A stretch of DNA of 64,000 nt. It comes from Carpediemonas membranifera BICM. Its lineage: Eukaryota > Protista > Fornicata. Position 1 is the first letter of the stretch. Every line of letters begins with the position of its first letter. Positions 9,852 through 19,670 of the stretch are shown piece after piece. Where the stretch lies: NCBI GenBank assembly GCA_019828565.1, contig JAHDYR010000019.1, positions 117,984 through 181,983 of the forward strand. The letters run 5' to 3'. The notes under the pieces were generated by a model. It was given only the letters and a program-made list of their open reading frames with translations, did not search any database and was not told the origin of the DNA. Both the position numbers and the translations under genes were made by a program.

Positions 9852-10397
9852 TGCCCGCGTCAGAAGGCAGCGTGCTTGACCGTGACCGTTCATTGAACCG
9901 ACGACGATCGGAATGACACTAATCTGCGAATGAAAGAAGGCGACGCAGGCAATTTCGACGGAGTTCAGTGCGCCTCAGCACACGCATAGGACGATAAGCC
10001 GACTGTATCCTGTGCTTTTTGGGCTTTTGCCGCGTTTCAAACGTGACCAACGCGATGGTTCCACTTGGTCAACGAGCGAGTGGGAACGGCCAGCACGGCG
10101 AAGACCAAGCCTGTGCCCAAGGGCAAGGGCAGCGTGGCCGCTCTGGTCACCTTGATGCATACCGGTTGATGGTGGCGAGGGCACAACAGTGAAAAACAGG
10201 ATTTATTACCGACTGATGTTGAAGGTCGTGAGGTCCCTGTTTCAGATGGGGGCGCGGTTCATCGGCCTGAAGAGCCCAGGGCAAAGGGATCAAAGATTGT
10301 AAAAACTGACCAGTTGCTGAGTCACTGCTCGCCACACTGTTCATGCATATAAAGGTTATAGTGCTTCCATGTAGACGTAAAAATGACGATCGCACAC

Positions 10398-11210
10398 TCA
10401 CTGGAAGAGCATCAGGTCGAGCGGCTCAAGGCCGATGTCGAGCGTGGGCATCTGAAGCTCGGATGTCGGCCCACACCGCGGCACGATCGGCGAGAACTCC
10501 GGCATGAATAGCGACAGTCGAGCCCGGCCACTGCGCTCCATCATTTGATAGACAGCCCGTGTTGCCGGAGTCGCAACTGCCGACTCAGTTCTGACTCCAG
10601 TGCCGAAATTCGAAGAGTGGCTAGTAGTTCTTTTCCCTCTCATCGGAGTCGGCCTCGTCGGAGTCATCCCGAGTCTGATCGCGGGAATGCCCAGGTCTGG
10701 AGGCTGTTTGCGGGTCACCCCGAGCGGATCATGGGACTTGCACGCCTGCACACACTCGGAGACCGGGTCGTGGCTTTCAGGGGACGTAATTGGTGCGAGC
10801 TCACCTGCATCGAGGTCCTGCTGGACCCAGGTGGGGATGGTCTGGCAGAATTCAGCGGATCCAACCATGTCACGCTGAGAAGGGAAGGGGATGGCTGGCG
10901 CAAGGCGCGGTGTCTCGAGATCAAAGGACGACATCGCAGCAATGACATCGGGCGTGCTTGTGCCGAACCGAAAACCGCCAAAGCCGAGCTGGCTGCTCTC
11001 AATGAACGTAAGCTCTTGAGAATCGTTGAATGAAGGCTGAGACTGCGAGGATCGCGATGAATCGGTGCAGGAGATGTTCTTCTCGTCGAAAAAAGGCGGG
11101 TTCACAATAGACTCGTGAATGGGCGTAACGAGCGAGTGCTGCGTGTTCTTGGCACTGACGCATGGCTCGAGGAACATTATGTCCTCACGATTCTGGTAGT
11201 TCTGGCTCAT
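10398..11210 (-). CDS. Hypothetical S/T/P-rich, probably disordered protein
   Basis: Long ORF from the first ATG (MSQNYQ); no domain recognised. Confidence 0.55.
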   Translation of the reverse strand: MSQNYQNREDIMFLEPCVSAKNTQHSLVTPIHESIVNPPFFDEKNISCTDSSRSSQSQPSFNDSQELTFIESSQLGFGGFRFGTSTPDVIAAMSSFDLETPRLAPAIPFPSQRDMVGSAEFCQTIPTWVQQDLDAGELAPITSPESHDPVSECVQACKSHDPLGVTRKQPPDLGIPAIRLGMTPTRPTPMRGKRTTSHSSNFGTGVRTESAVATPATRAVYQMMERSGRARLSLFMPEFSPIVPRCGPTSELQMPTLDIGLEPLDLMLFQ

Positions 11211-11422
11211 TCGGACAATCGCGCAATTGCGCCAAGGCCGTTGAAGATGACAACCGGAGTCGAACGACTCGGCATTCAGATTAATCAGTTGATTAGTACT
11301 AGCGGTGAATGACCAAATGACACATGCATGGTCTGTGTGGCGCAGCAGAGCTCCGGTGACACGGGTCAGCAACCCATACCGCCGTCATGGGCCAGCCATA
11401 CTCCATCGCTGGATTTATAGCC

Positions 11423-12298
11423 CTACACGTCCTTCTTCACCGGTGGGAGCCACTCAATCTCCTCGACGGTGTATGTGATGAATGGCGACCTCCAAGGGAG
11501 AGCCCAATACTTGTCGTGGTCCTCGTACTGAACAACAAAGCCGTACATGCCCTTGTACTTGGTAAACGCGGCGATGAATGCATCGAGGGACTTGTACTGA
11601 TCGATCTGGAACAACTCGTAGAACTTTTCGATGCGCTCGGCCCAGACTGGCGAGTCCATGCTCACTTCGAACGGCTTCTTCGTGATGTAGTACACGTAGT
11701 CGCGGGTGGGGCGGGTCTTGTAGTCCCAGGTGACGTGGAGCCGGTCCATTTCCTTGAGAACGTCCTCGGCATAGTCCTGGCAGGTGTTGGCCTCGAACCA
11801 CGTGGTAGACGGGTCGGGGGCCGTGTCGATTGCTCCGAGCAGACGGTAGTAGCTCATGGTGGTGTTGTAGTTGGCGGAGTAGGTGTGCACTTGGTTGAAT
11901 TGGGTACCGCTGATCTCGGCGACGTACGTGACGTTGTCCCACAGCGTGTGGTTGATACCGTTCTCGATGTGGATCTCAAGCTTGTCGTTCCACTGAACAG
12001 CCTCCTCGGCGGGCAGGGAGGTGTTCACTGTGGGGAACACTGCGTGCGTGAGGTTGTTCGCGAGGAGCTCGAATGTGAACGACCGGGAGCCGCCAATTTC
12101 CACGAATCCCATGCCAGCGTGGTATGCACCGATGGCTTTGGTGATATCACCGACCTGCTTGTCGAGAAGAGGGTCGAGCATGTAGAAAGAAGCCCAACGG
12201 GACGTAGGCTCCACATCAACCCACGGAACATCGTGGATGATGGCTAAAGCACCGTAAATGAAGCAAAGGAGAACGAGAGTGACGCCCTTGCCAACCAT
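11423..12298 (-). CDS. CLN5: CLN5 homologue (lysosomal BMP synthase, NlpC/P60-like Cys-His-Glu enzyme)
   Basis: Signal peptide. Colinear matches to human CLN5 as recalled: YHAGMGF~MHDAIGF, TFE~TME, VAEISGTQFNQ~VATISGNMFNQ, TWFEANTC~TWFDSYDC, IEKFYELF~IKRFYYPF, YWALPWRSPFITYTVEEI~YWFLPMKFPFIKITYEEI. Several N-glycosylation sequons. Confidence 0.9.
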   Translation of the reverse strand: MVGKGVTLVLLCFIYGALAIIHDVPWVDVEPTSRWASFYMLDPLLDKQVGDITKAIGAYHAGMGFVEIGGSRSFTFELLANNLTHAVFPTVNTSLPAEEAVQWNDKLEIHIENGINHTLWDNVTYVAEISGTQFNQVHTYSANYNTTMSYYRLLGAIDTAPDPSTTWFEANTCQDYAEDVLKEMDRLHVTWDYKTRPTRDYVYYITKKPFEVSMDSPVWAERIEKFYELFQIDQYKSLDAFIAAFTKYKGMYGFVVQYEDHDKYWALPWRSPFITYTVEEIEWLPPVKKDV

Positions 12299-12592
12299 GC
12301 GAGGTCAAAACGAATGGCTTTAAAGTGTCACCGATCTCAACACGAGATTGCATCCGCCGTATCGACAAGATTTTCTGCCTGATTGTTAACCCAATCGGAC
12401 TGTCCCGCCGCCACAACCTCGCGTGCCAGTCCTTCCAGGCCGGAAGGCAGTCGGACTTGGCAAGCACCAATGCTCCCAGCGGCCAAACCCAGGCTAGGTG
12501 CGGTTTGTACAGCCAGACATCTCTCGGATATCGGTAAATCTCCGGCCAGCCTTGCCAGCATTTATATCAGGTCGACAGAGCACCGTGCCGTG

Positions 12593-13810
12593 TCACCCCA
12601 CGAGCAGACCGACGCTGAACCCGAGCCCGAGCTCTCCCAGCGGGCCGACAGCGTCACTCACCGCCCGGCCGGCCATCTGCCGCATGCTCTCAGCGACGTC
12701 GGCGGGCACGTCCCGCAATGCCGCGGTGAACTCGGCCCGGAACATGCGAGTCACGCCGCGGGTCCATGCGCTGGTCATTGCCATGGCGGGTGTCGCTACG
12801 CGGGCAGGGTATGTCTTGTGTTCACTCGCGAGGGTGGGGCAGAACAGGATCTCGGCCTGCAGGGCTGTGGTTGTGAGGGTCTCCCGCAGTGCAGACACGG
12901 CCTCGGTGACAAACGCCGCCCTCGTGATCTTGTGGTGCGACGCCTTCCGCCTCAGCTGCTGCAGTGTCTCTCTCAACGAGTCCCGCCGGCACCCCAGGAG
13001 GACGGCCGCCTCGGACTGGGCGTCGGTCGTCGGCCGCAGCTGCCGCAGCCGGGAGATGGATGCAATGACCCGCAGCGGGTCGTGCGTGCTGCCGAGGAGG
13101 GCTTCGATGGCCGAGACGCACTGGTCCCCAACCGCATCCAACTCTGCGCGGAAGTGCTTGATGAAGTCCCGCTGCCGCACGACCTCGGATGGCTCAGGTC
13201 GGCCCTCAATCAACTCTGTCAGCCGGTCGGCGATGGCAGTGCCGTCTGCCAGGGCAGCGAAGAGCTGCTGGACGGTGTCGTCGTCGGGGTCCGCTGGGTC
13301 CGCCCCAAAGGACGCCGCGTACAGCGCACGGGCCCTCTCTGGGATGCCCAACACGGCGTTGATGTCGGTGATGGAGCTCCGGATGGCTGCGACCGTGTCG
13401 AACGTGCGGTGCATGCGGGAGAGCATCGTGGGTAGCCGGGCGATGTTGCTGCTGAGCCCAGAGGTATGTTTCACAATCCCAGCTGCTGAGAGAGCTTTTG
13501 GCTGGTTCAGGTCCTTTGCGGAGATCCGCATGATCTCTGGGCGGAGCCCAATGCGGTCCACTTCCCGTTTAAGGTCGTAGATCCGGGAGTCGTAGGCGTC
13601 GAGACTCGAATAGGCGCGCATGGATTCAGGAACGCTCTTGTACTCATTCACCAGCTGAATAATCCAGGAGTCCATGTAGCGGCCCTGTTCGTCTGTCAGT
13701 GAAATGACGTCGTCATCCGTGCGAGCCTGTTTCGGGTGTAGGCCCCTATAAAGCCGGCTGTAGCGTGTGTGTCTTCGGGCGTAGGGCTGACATGATGATC
13801 TGTGCCACAT
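12593..13810 (-). CDS. Helical hypothetical protein, possibly a Vps51/CATCHR-type tether subunit
   Basis: 405-aa ORF. Coiled-coil N-terminus ending INAVLGIPERARAL weakly resembles Vps51 LQFLFELPSRL. Start uncertain. Confidence 0.5.
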   Translation of the reverse strand: MWHRSSCQPYARRHTRYSRLYRGLHPKQARTDDDVISLTDEQGRYMDSWIIQLVNEYKSVPESMRAYSSLDAYDSRIYDLKREVDRIGLRPEIMRISAKDLNQPKALSAAGIVKHTSGLSSNIARLPTMLSRMHRTFDTVAAIRSSITDINAVLGIPERARALYAASFGADPADPDDDTVQQLFAALADGTAIADRLTELIEGRPEPSEVVRQRDFIKHFRAELDAVGDQCVSAIEALLGSTHDPLRVIASISRLRQLRPTTDAQSEAAVLLGCRRDSLRETLQQLRRKASHHKITRAAFVTEAVSALRETLTTTALQAEILFCPTLASEHKTYPARVATPAMAMTSAWTRGVTRMFRAEFTAALRDVPADVAESMRQMAGRAVSDAVGPLGELGLGFSVGLLVG

Positions 13811-13919
13811 GCCATGTACAACATGTCACTCGCGTCATCATGAGGGGATTCCCCCACCGCACCGCCAGTCGCCCATCGTCAATAACGTTTATAAGGCTGG
13901 GACACACACCCTAACCTGC

Positions 13920-15423
13920 CTATTTGTCCGCGAGCCAGGTGTGGTCCGCGATGAGGGTCCAGAGACACGATCCGCTGATGCCAACAGTCATGGTCAGTGT
14001 GATGAGCGTGACACAGATCTCCTTGAGGTCCTTCGGGATCGAGGTCGAGTGCATTACGAGGTAGAATGTGTTCACATAAATGCACCCACCGAGGAGACCG
14101 ACAAAGAGCATGGAGGGGAACTGCACCCACATCGTGAAATACTTGAACTTGAAGTAGTCTTGGGCGTTCCAGATCAGGAAGTTGAGGAACTGCAGGAAGG
14201 TCAGCACCTCGATGCACTTGAACTTGAAGAAGCTGAGCGACGACCGGCTGATCAGAACACCGAACTGGTACGCGAACTGCAGGGCAATGTAGTCCTCCTC
14301 CGCGTGGGGGTCATAGAGCGGCTCGGCCTTGGCGGCGTTACCGACACTGACGCCGTACTCGAAGAAGTAGACCAGCATGATCTGGAGCTCGTAGCGGCGA
14401 CAGACCCACGCTGCCTTGGCCACGCGGCCGAAGAACACGCCGATGTTGTGGAAGAAGAGCTTGAGGCTGCCCTGAACGCCGAGTCTGGCGAGCTTGGCGC
14501 TGATGTCTTCGGCCTTGAGCGCGGTAGTCTCCTCGAAGTGCCCGTCCGCCTCCAGGTCGAGCAGGCCTTCCATCTCCCTCTCCCCGATGTGGTCGACCTC
14601 CCCTAGGAGGTACTCGTCGCCCTTGATCTCGTCATACTCGTCGAAGGCGGAGACGTGGTGCGTCATCTGCATGGGCGTGTCCGAGTTACGGCGCGTGTGG
14701 GCGATGGACTGGCCCAGCGAGCCTGTGCCAGAGCCGCTTACGCCGATGAGGGCAGCCTCCCGGTCGTCATCGGCAAGCTCGGGGTGCTGGGCCATGCTGT
14801 CGGGTTTACGAAGCAGGAGGAAGCAGATGACGAACGGGACAGAGAGGGTCGACATGCAGACGAACGTCACGACCAGTGGGACGTCGAGGAAGGTCAGAAT
14901 GAGGAAGAACAGCGAGGCCGCGACCCCGGCCAGGCCAGTGCCGCTGCTGTAACCGGCAACAGACTGCGGTGTGAAGTGGCGGACGTGCGCCAGGAGGATG
15001 GACTCACCGAAGGAGAGGGAGGCGCCGACCACGACGATGGAGATGAGCGCGACGTTGAAGTTCCCGATGACGGCGGCAAAGGCAATCATCAGGGGACCTA
15101 CCAGCATAAAGGTGGCGTTAAGGAAGATGCGGAGAAGGATGGGCACCCGCTCAAGCAGGATGTTGAGCGGGCGGACGACAAAGCCGGCCGCGATATTGGC
15201 CCAAGGGATCTGTGTGAGAAACGGCACCGGCGCGTGTATGACAAACAAGAGGAAGCTGGTTCGTGGCGTTAAAGTCATCAGCGAGTTTCTTTGCCGCGCT
15301 CAGCACGGTAGTGTACAGGAAATAGTTCAGCATCCCTAATGCGAAGAAAAGGGCGAAATTGGCCATATAATGCTTGTCATATGATGCTCCAGAGCCATCA
15401 TTTGTAACAACACCGCCGCCCAT
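13920..15423 (-). CDS. CLN3: CLN3/battenin (Btn1) lysosomal MFS-like protein; exons 15423-15247 and 15209-13920
   Basis: FFALGMLNY..YTTVLSAA, GYSSGTGLAGV, LVYFFEY, YQFGVLISRSS, GLLGGCIYVNTF are CLN3-family motifs. A 37-nt intron joins the two ORFs in frame. Confidence 0.93.
15210..15246 (-). other. Spliceosomal intron, 37 nt
   Basis: GTTTGT...CTCACACAG; joins QLPL|IPWANI. Confidence 0.85.
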
Positions 15424-16547
15424 GTTTGATTAAGCGTCAATAAGCCGTTACGGATGGGATACTACGAATTCGACTGCTTCCCGAGTCTCGGCGGGTCGCG
15501 GAACAAGATACGCAAATCTTCTGATCAGGAAGATAGATGGACGTGAAATGCCATACTTGCTCGGCGTACATGCATACCTGGCCGTTTAGCCAAGTCTCCA
15601 ACTTTCCCAGTCTCGGGGCAGCAGTCTATAAAAGGTCTCGGTCGAGATCGACGCGTCCAAGCGCAGATACGGTATGATAGACTTGCGATGAGTGCAGAGC
15701 TCGCTTGAACCAACAGGTCCGTGACCTACATGTGAAAAAGTTGCGAACGACAGGGGCGGGTCACAGTTTTAAAAGTGAGGTCAGTCCAAGACTACTATTG
15801 TTGTTGAAACATTCACGGGTGGTCATGCCTTGTATTCGTTGCCGAGCTGGGTAGTTGTGACAATGGGCAGATCTGACAAATCAGAAATTCGGACGAAAAT
15901 GACCCCCCAAGGGTGTGAATCCAATGGGGGCTTCACGCCGCGGGCTGCCCTCCCACATACACTCGCTCACCGCCAGCAGCTGCTAGGTCGTCCAAGTGTA
16001 TCATCTAGGCTCACTGTCCTAGGTCCATCTGATGTCGCGCGGCAGTCTCACACCGCCCACGCACTCCCAGCTATGACCTGGGTTCCGCACCGTACAAAGT
16101 GGCGCGGATGTCCCGGTGTGCAGCAAGGGCCACAGGCCAATGCAATACCACGGGTCCGAAGACACCATGGCGCACAGCTTGGATTTTGACATCATAAGAT
16201 GGTGGCGGACTTATCTTGTGCCGCTCCAGGGTCCCGTCGGCGCACCTGATTGATGTTGGTTAGTTCGGCACCATGAAGTGACCGAAACGGAAGAAATAGA
16301 ATGAAAAATAAGATCGAGACATGTGGATAGAGCATTGAGCACGAATTCAGCACAAAAGATGCATGGACAACACCGATGGCGCAATGCTGGCAACTCCGCG
16401 TAAAAAAAAGGTGCAGGTTAAACTCCGTCCCCTCATCCAACTTGGGTGTGCCAGCATATGCCTGTCGTGATGGCTGACGCTCTAACCCTATGCAGCGCAC
16501 GCGTCGTCGCCAGTTTAAGTCAAGTTGCAAAGTCCGAAAATTTGTAG

Positions 16548-17055
16548 ATGACGCTGGCAGCACCTACAATTCTTATTCCCAGGTACTATGCTCAGCTCAC
16601 TGTTGACATATCCACCGTAGTAGCGCTGAATTTCGTCGTGGTTCTTATCGTCACCGTTTGTTCGCTCAGCACTATTGACACAGCTCGTTTCCGTGGTCCC
16701 CTCTGTCGATGCAACCGATCAGCGCACCATACCGTCACTATTCTTCAGTTTCCTATTCGCCTGCATCTGGATTATTGCCGAAATCGTCCGCCTGCGCTTC
16801 TGTGCCATCGGCAACAAGAGCGAACGGCTGCCCGTGCTCACATTCGGCCTCGTAATCTCCCTGATCCCCCAGCTACCGATCCTGCTCTTCTTCCTGGTGC
16901 TTTTCCCCCTGATGGTCGGCTGGAGCACCCCTATGTTCATCGCCTCATTGCTCGCCATCCTGGCTGACGTGCTCGGCATGCTGCCGCTGTACCTCAGTCT
17001 TAGACGACTGTCCATGGCGACTGCCGAGGTCGTCAACCTGCTCGGGCTGCACTGA
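16548..17055 (+). CDS. TMEM17: TMEM17-family ciliary transition-zone membrane protein; exons 16548-16655 and 16684-17055
   Basis: AEIVRLRFCAIGNKSERLPVL...LIPQLP matches the Transmemb_17 signature; four hydrophobic segments after splicing. Confidence 0.75.
16656..16683 (+). other. Spliceosomal intron, 28 nt
   Basis: GTTTGT...TTGACACAG; in-frame join. Confidence 0.8.
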
Positions 17056-17422
17056 GGGCTGGGTGAGGGTCGCTGTGCCAGGGAGGACGTCCGCTCCTCT
17101 CACTGGCCATCCGGCTCCATCTACACTTATCCCCGCTAACTGGCGGGATTACTTGCTATGGCCGCAGCTGTGTAAATACTCCACTGGGACCACCCAGGTT
17201 CTCATGGTGTTGGTCGCTGGTGACCACTAGTCCATTATCTATGATACTTTCTTGCCCTGACCGACCAGCACGCCGTAGGAATGTCCCTGACTCGCCCTGT
17301 ACGATACGTACGATGGAGATTGACAGCCTGTGAGGAGTATCAGTGGGTGCGGTCACGGTGGAAACGTTGTCCTATGGAGTCGGGTCACAACCATCGACCA
17401 CCAGAGAAGCTCGTTAACAACC

Positions 17423-18904
17423 ATGGGAGCAGCCGATTCATCTCACATGGACACAAAAGCTAAGCTGATTACCGCATATCGCATTTCTACAACAGCTACG
17501 GCGATGCTTTCAGGAGATGTGCCGAGCCTCATCAGCCACGCCTACACAAGACACTTTCGCACGAACATACCATCAAGTAACGATATAGTGCTCGATCCTC
17601 CATCTCATGAAGACGAAACGCTCGAGGGTGTTCGCTCCATCCTCTCCCAAGTCCCTCCTCTCACGAAGAAGGCGCAGACCCTCCTCGACCGCGCCCGCTC
17701 GATCCTCACCAGCGGCCCCCCGCTGTCCATGAACGTCGAGCTCGCGGATGGCGAGGACCTCCCACCCTGCCTCTTCACACTCAACCAGGGCGCGGTGTGG
17801 GCGTGTCTGGTTGGTGGCGGGGCCAACCCCGACCTCGAGGACAGGGTGCTGGAGGAGGCTAGAGCGAAGCAACCTCATGGGTCCGAGATGCACGACAAGA
17901 TCCGCAACGCTCTAACGCCCGAAGGAAAATGCCTCTGGTTCCTCTGCCGCAAGTTCTTCTTTACGATGAACGTCGCCGAGAAGGACGGCGAGTGCTATCA
18001 CTACTCTCCGCGAGTAAGATGCTACCACCACCGCATGTACATGGGCCGACTCTTCATGCTCAACCCGCAGCGTTACACCGACTTCACCAGGGCCAGGATG
18101 CCCAAGGGCATGTGGGGCTGGGGCTTGGATCAATTGGGGCAGCTGGGGGTCGATTCAGATGACTTCGTCGACCCAACCCGCCTCACCTTTGACGCCTGCC
18201 TCAAGGTAGCCAAGTTGGAGTCCAGCCTGCCCGCCTGGGGCAAGCACCGGATGGTTACTGGCTTGGCGCTGACCGGGCTCGGAACAATCATACTCACCCC
18301 AGTTGGCACTGTCATGGCTGGTGAAGGGGCCGAATGGTTCCTGGGTCCTGGGGAACATAGTGGCAGATTCCACCCGGTCCCTCTTCCTGACGGCTTTGTC
18401 CCAGATCACATGATGCATGACTTCTCTGTTTTCATCCTCTGTATGGGCAGTCGTCAAATGGTTACCGGTTACAATGTCTGCGGCAAGTTGGGACTAGGGC
18501 ACGAGAGTGATATGGCCGGATTTGTCGTGCTGCCCTTCAGGGTCGAACATATCATCATTTCCGGTACTGACTACCCATACACCAACTTCCTCTGCGGCCG
18601 CCAGCTTCTCTTTGCGGGCTGCGTTCTCGACCACATCGCCCAGGCCGGTCTACTTCCTGGGTTCCACAAGGATGACATATGCCCCATGGCCACCCCTCTC
18701 CGGTTCCCAGAGAGGGTCAAGGGGTGGCGCCTTGATGATGACTCACTGGCGTGGGTCACTGAGGGCTGGACGCGCTACTGCAGCGGCCGGGATGTCCGAT
18801 TCAATGTTCCTTTCGAGGCGACTGCGGTGTATAATAACTACTTCCGCCACTCGTCTGGCCAGTGGTCAGAATGTCGGGCGTGGTGGATGGTGTTGCTCAG
18901 ATAG
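17423..18904 (+). CDS. RCC1-like repeat protein, probably with a 3' frameshift
   Basis: WGWGLDQLGQLG and GYNVCGKLGLG RCC1-type motifs; MGAADS start; an alternative frame after about 18866 continues to TAG at 18982-18984. Confidence 0.7.
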   Translation: MGAADSSHMDTKAKLITAYRISTTATAMLSGDVPSLISHAYTRHFRTNIPSSNDIVLDPPSHEDETLEGVRSILSQVPPLTKKAQTLLDRARSILTSGPPLSMNVELADGEDLPPCLFTLNQGAVWACLVGGGANPDLEDRVLEEARAKQPHGSEMHDKIRNALTPEGKCLWFLCRKFFFTMNVAEKDGECYHYSPRVRCYHHRMYMGRLFMLNPQRYTDFTRARMPKGMWGWGLDQLGQLGVDSDDFVDPTRLTFDACLKVAKLESSLPAWGKHRMVTGLALTGLGTIILTPVGTVMAGEGAEWFLGPGEHSGRFHPVPLPDGFVPDHMMHDFSVFILCMGSRQMVTGYNVCGKLGLGHESDMAGFVVLPFRVEHIIISGTDYPYTNFLCGRQLLFAGCVLDHIAQAGLLPGFHKDDICPMATPLRFPERVKGWRLDDDSLAWVTEGWTRYCSGRDVRFNVPFEATAVYNNYFRHSSGQWSECRAWWMVLLR

Positions 18905-19670
18905 TATGGAAGATTGATTCGCCGGTTCGGAAGTCGTTCATCGATAATATTGTCCCAGTCGACATCGATCCGTGGATCGATTAGGGTTCATCCTCAGCTC
19001 ATACGCATAAAATGCTTGGCCCAAGAGTTGGTCCATTCGTTAATATCATTGAAAATGGAGCATTCGGTCGGTAATCAAGCCTTGTTGCAATGGTTATGCC
19101 ATTGGGCGCGGGCTGACGATGGAATGAGTCAAACTGAGTCGTAATCTTCGACTTCAGAAATTTTGGTTGGCAGTTTAAAAAATTAAGATGGATCATCTAT
19201 CCCGTACGCCCTTCAATTTTGATGCAATCGTGTGAGTTTCAGCCCTCTCCGACCTCTACTCGTCATGTTCGATGTCCATCGAAACTAAGTTCGGGTCGAC
19301 TCCAAACGCATACTTCCAGTGTGCGCCCGCTGGTAATGGCCCGGATCCAGATGTTAGAGAACTATACAAGCTTTATGGCAGAGCGACAGCGATTCGATGG
19401 TTGTAGTCGAGGTGACAGTATCGCTCAGCTTTGGACCCGCAGTCTCGGGAGGATTTCGAAAGTCAGGTGAACATGCCGCCAACCAAATTGATGGCCGATA
19501 TAGCTTCGGGATGGCCTATGAATCATGCAGTCACGCACAATTTCGCGCGATAAAGCATGGGGGACATGGGTCTGACCCAGACTTTGTTGTCTGGTTAACC
19601 ACGAACAGCCGATGACCACATCATCCTCACCGAGTTACCCAACTTCCACAAGCATCGGAATATGTCACAT

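Noticed and set aside
1145-10354. Shared 14-mer TCATGCATATAAAG at 1145 and 10341
   Set aside because: A few 14-nt matches are expected by chance in 64 kb, and there is no extended homology.
12383-13580. Two long plus-strand ORFs (350 and 360 aa) opposite the 12593-13810 gene
   Set aside because: They have shadow-frame composition in GC-rich DNA. The minus frame is more protein-like and has a TATAAA signal after its stop.
15430-16540. Short ORFs in the CLN3-TMEM17 divergent gap
   Set aside because: No recognisable motifs, no consistent frame and no consensus intron; treated as intergenic.
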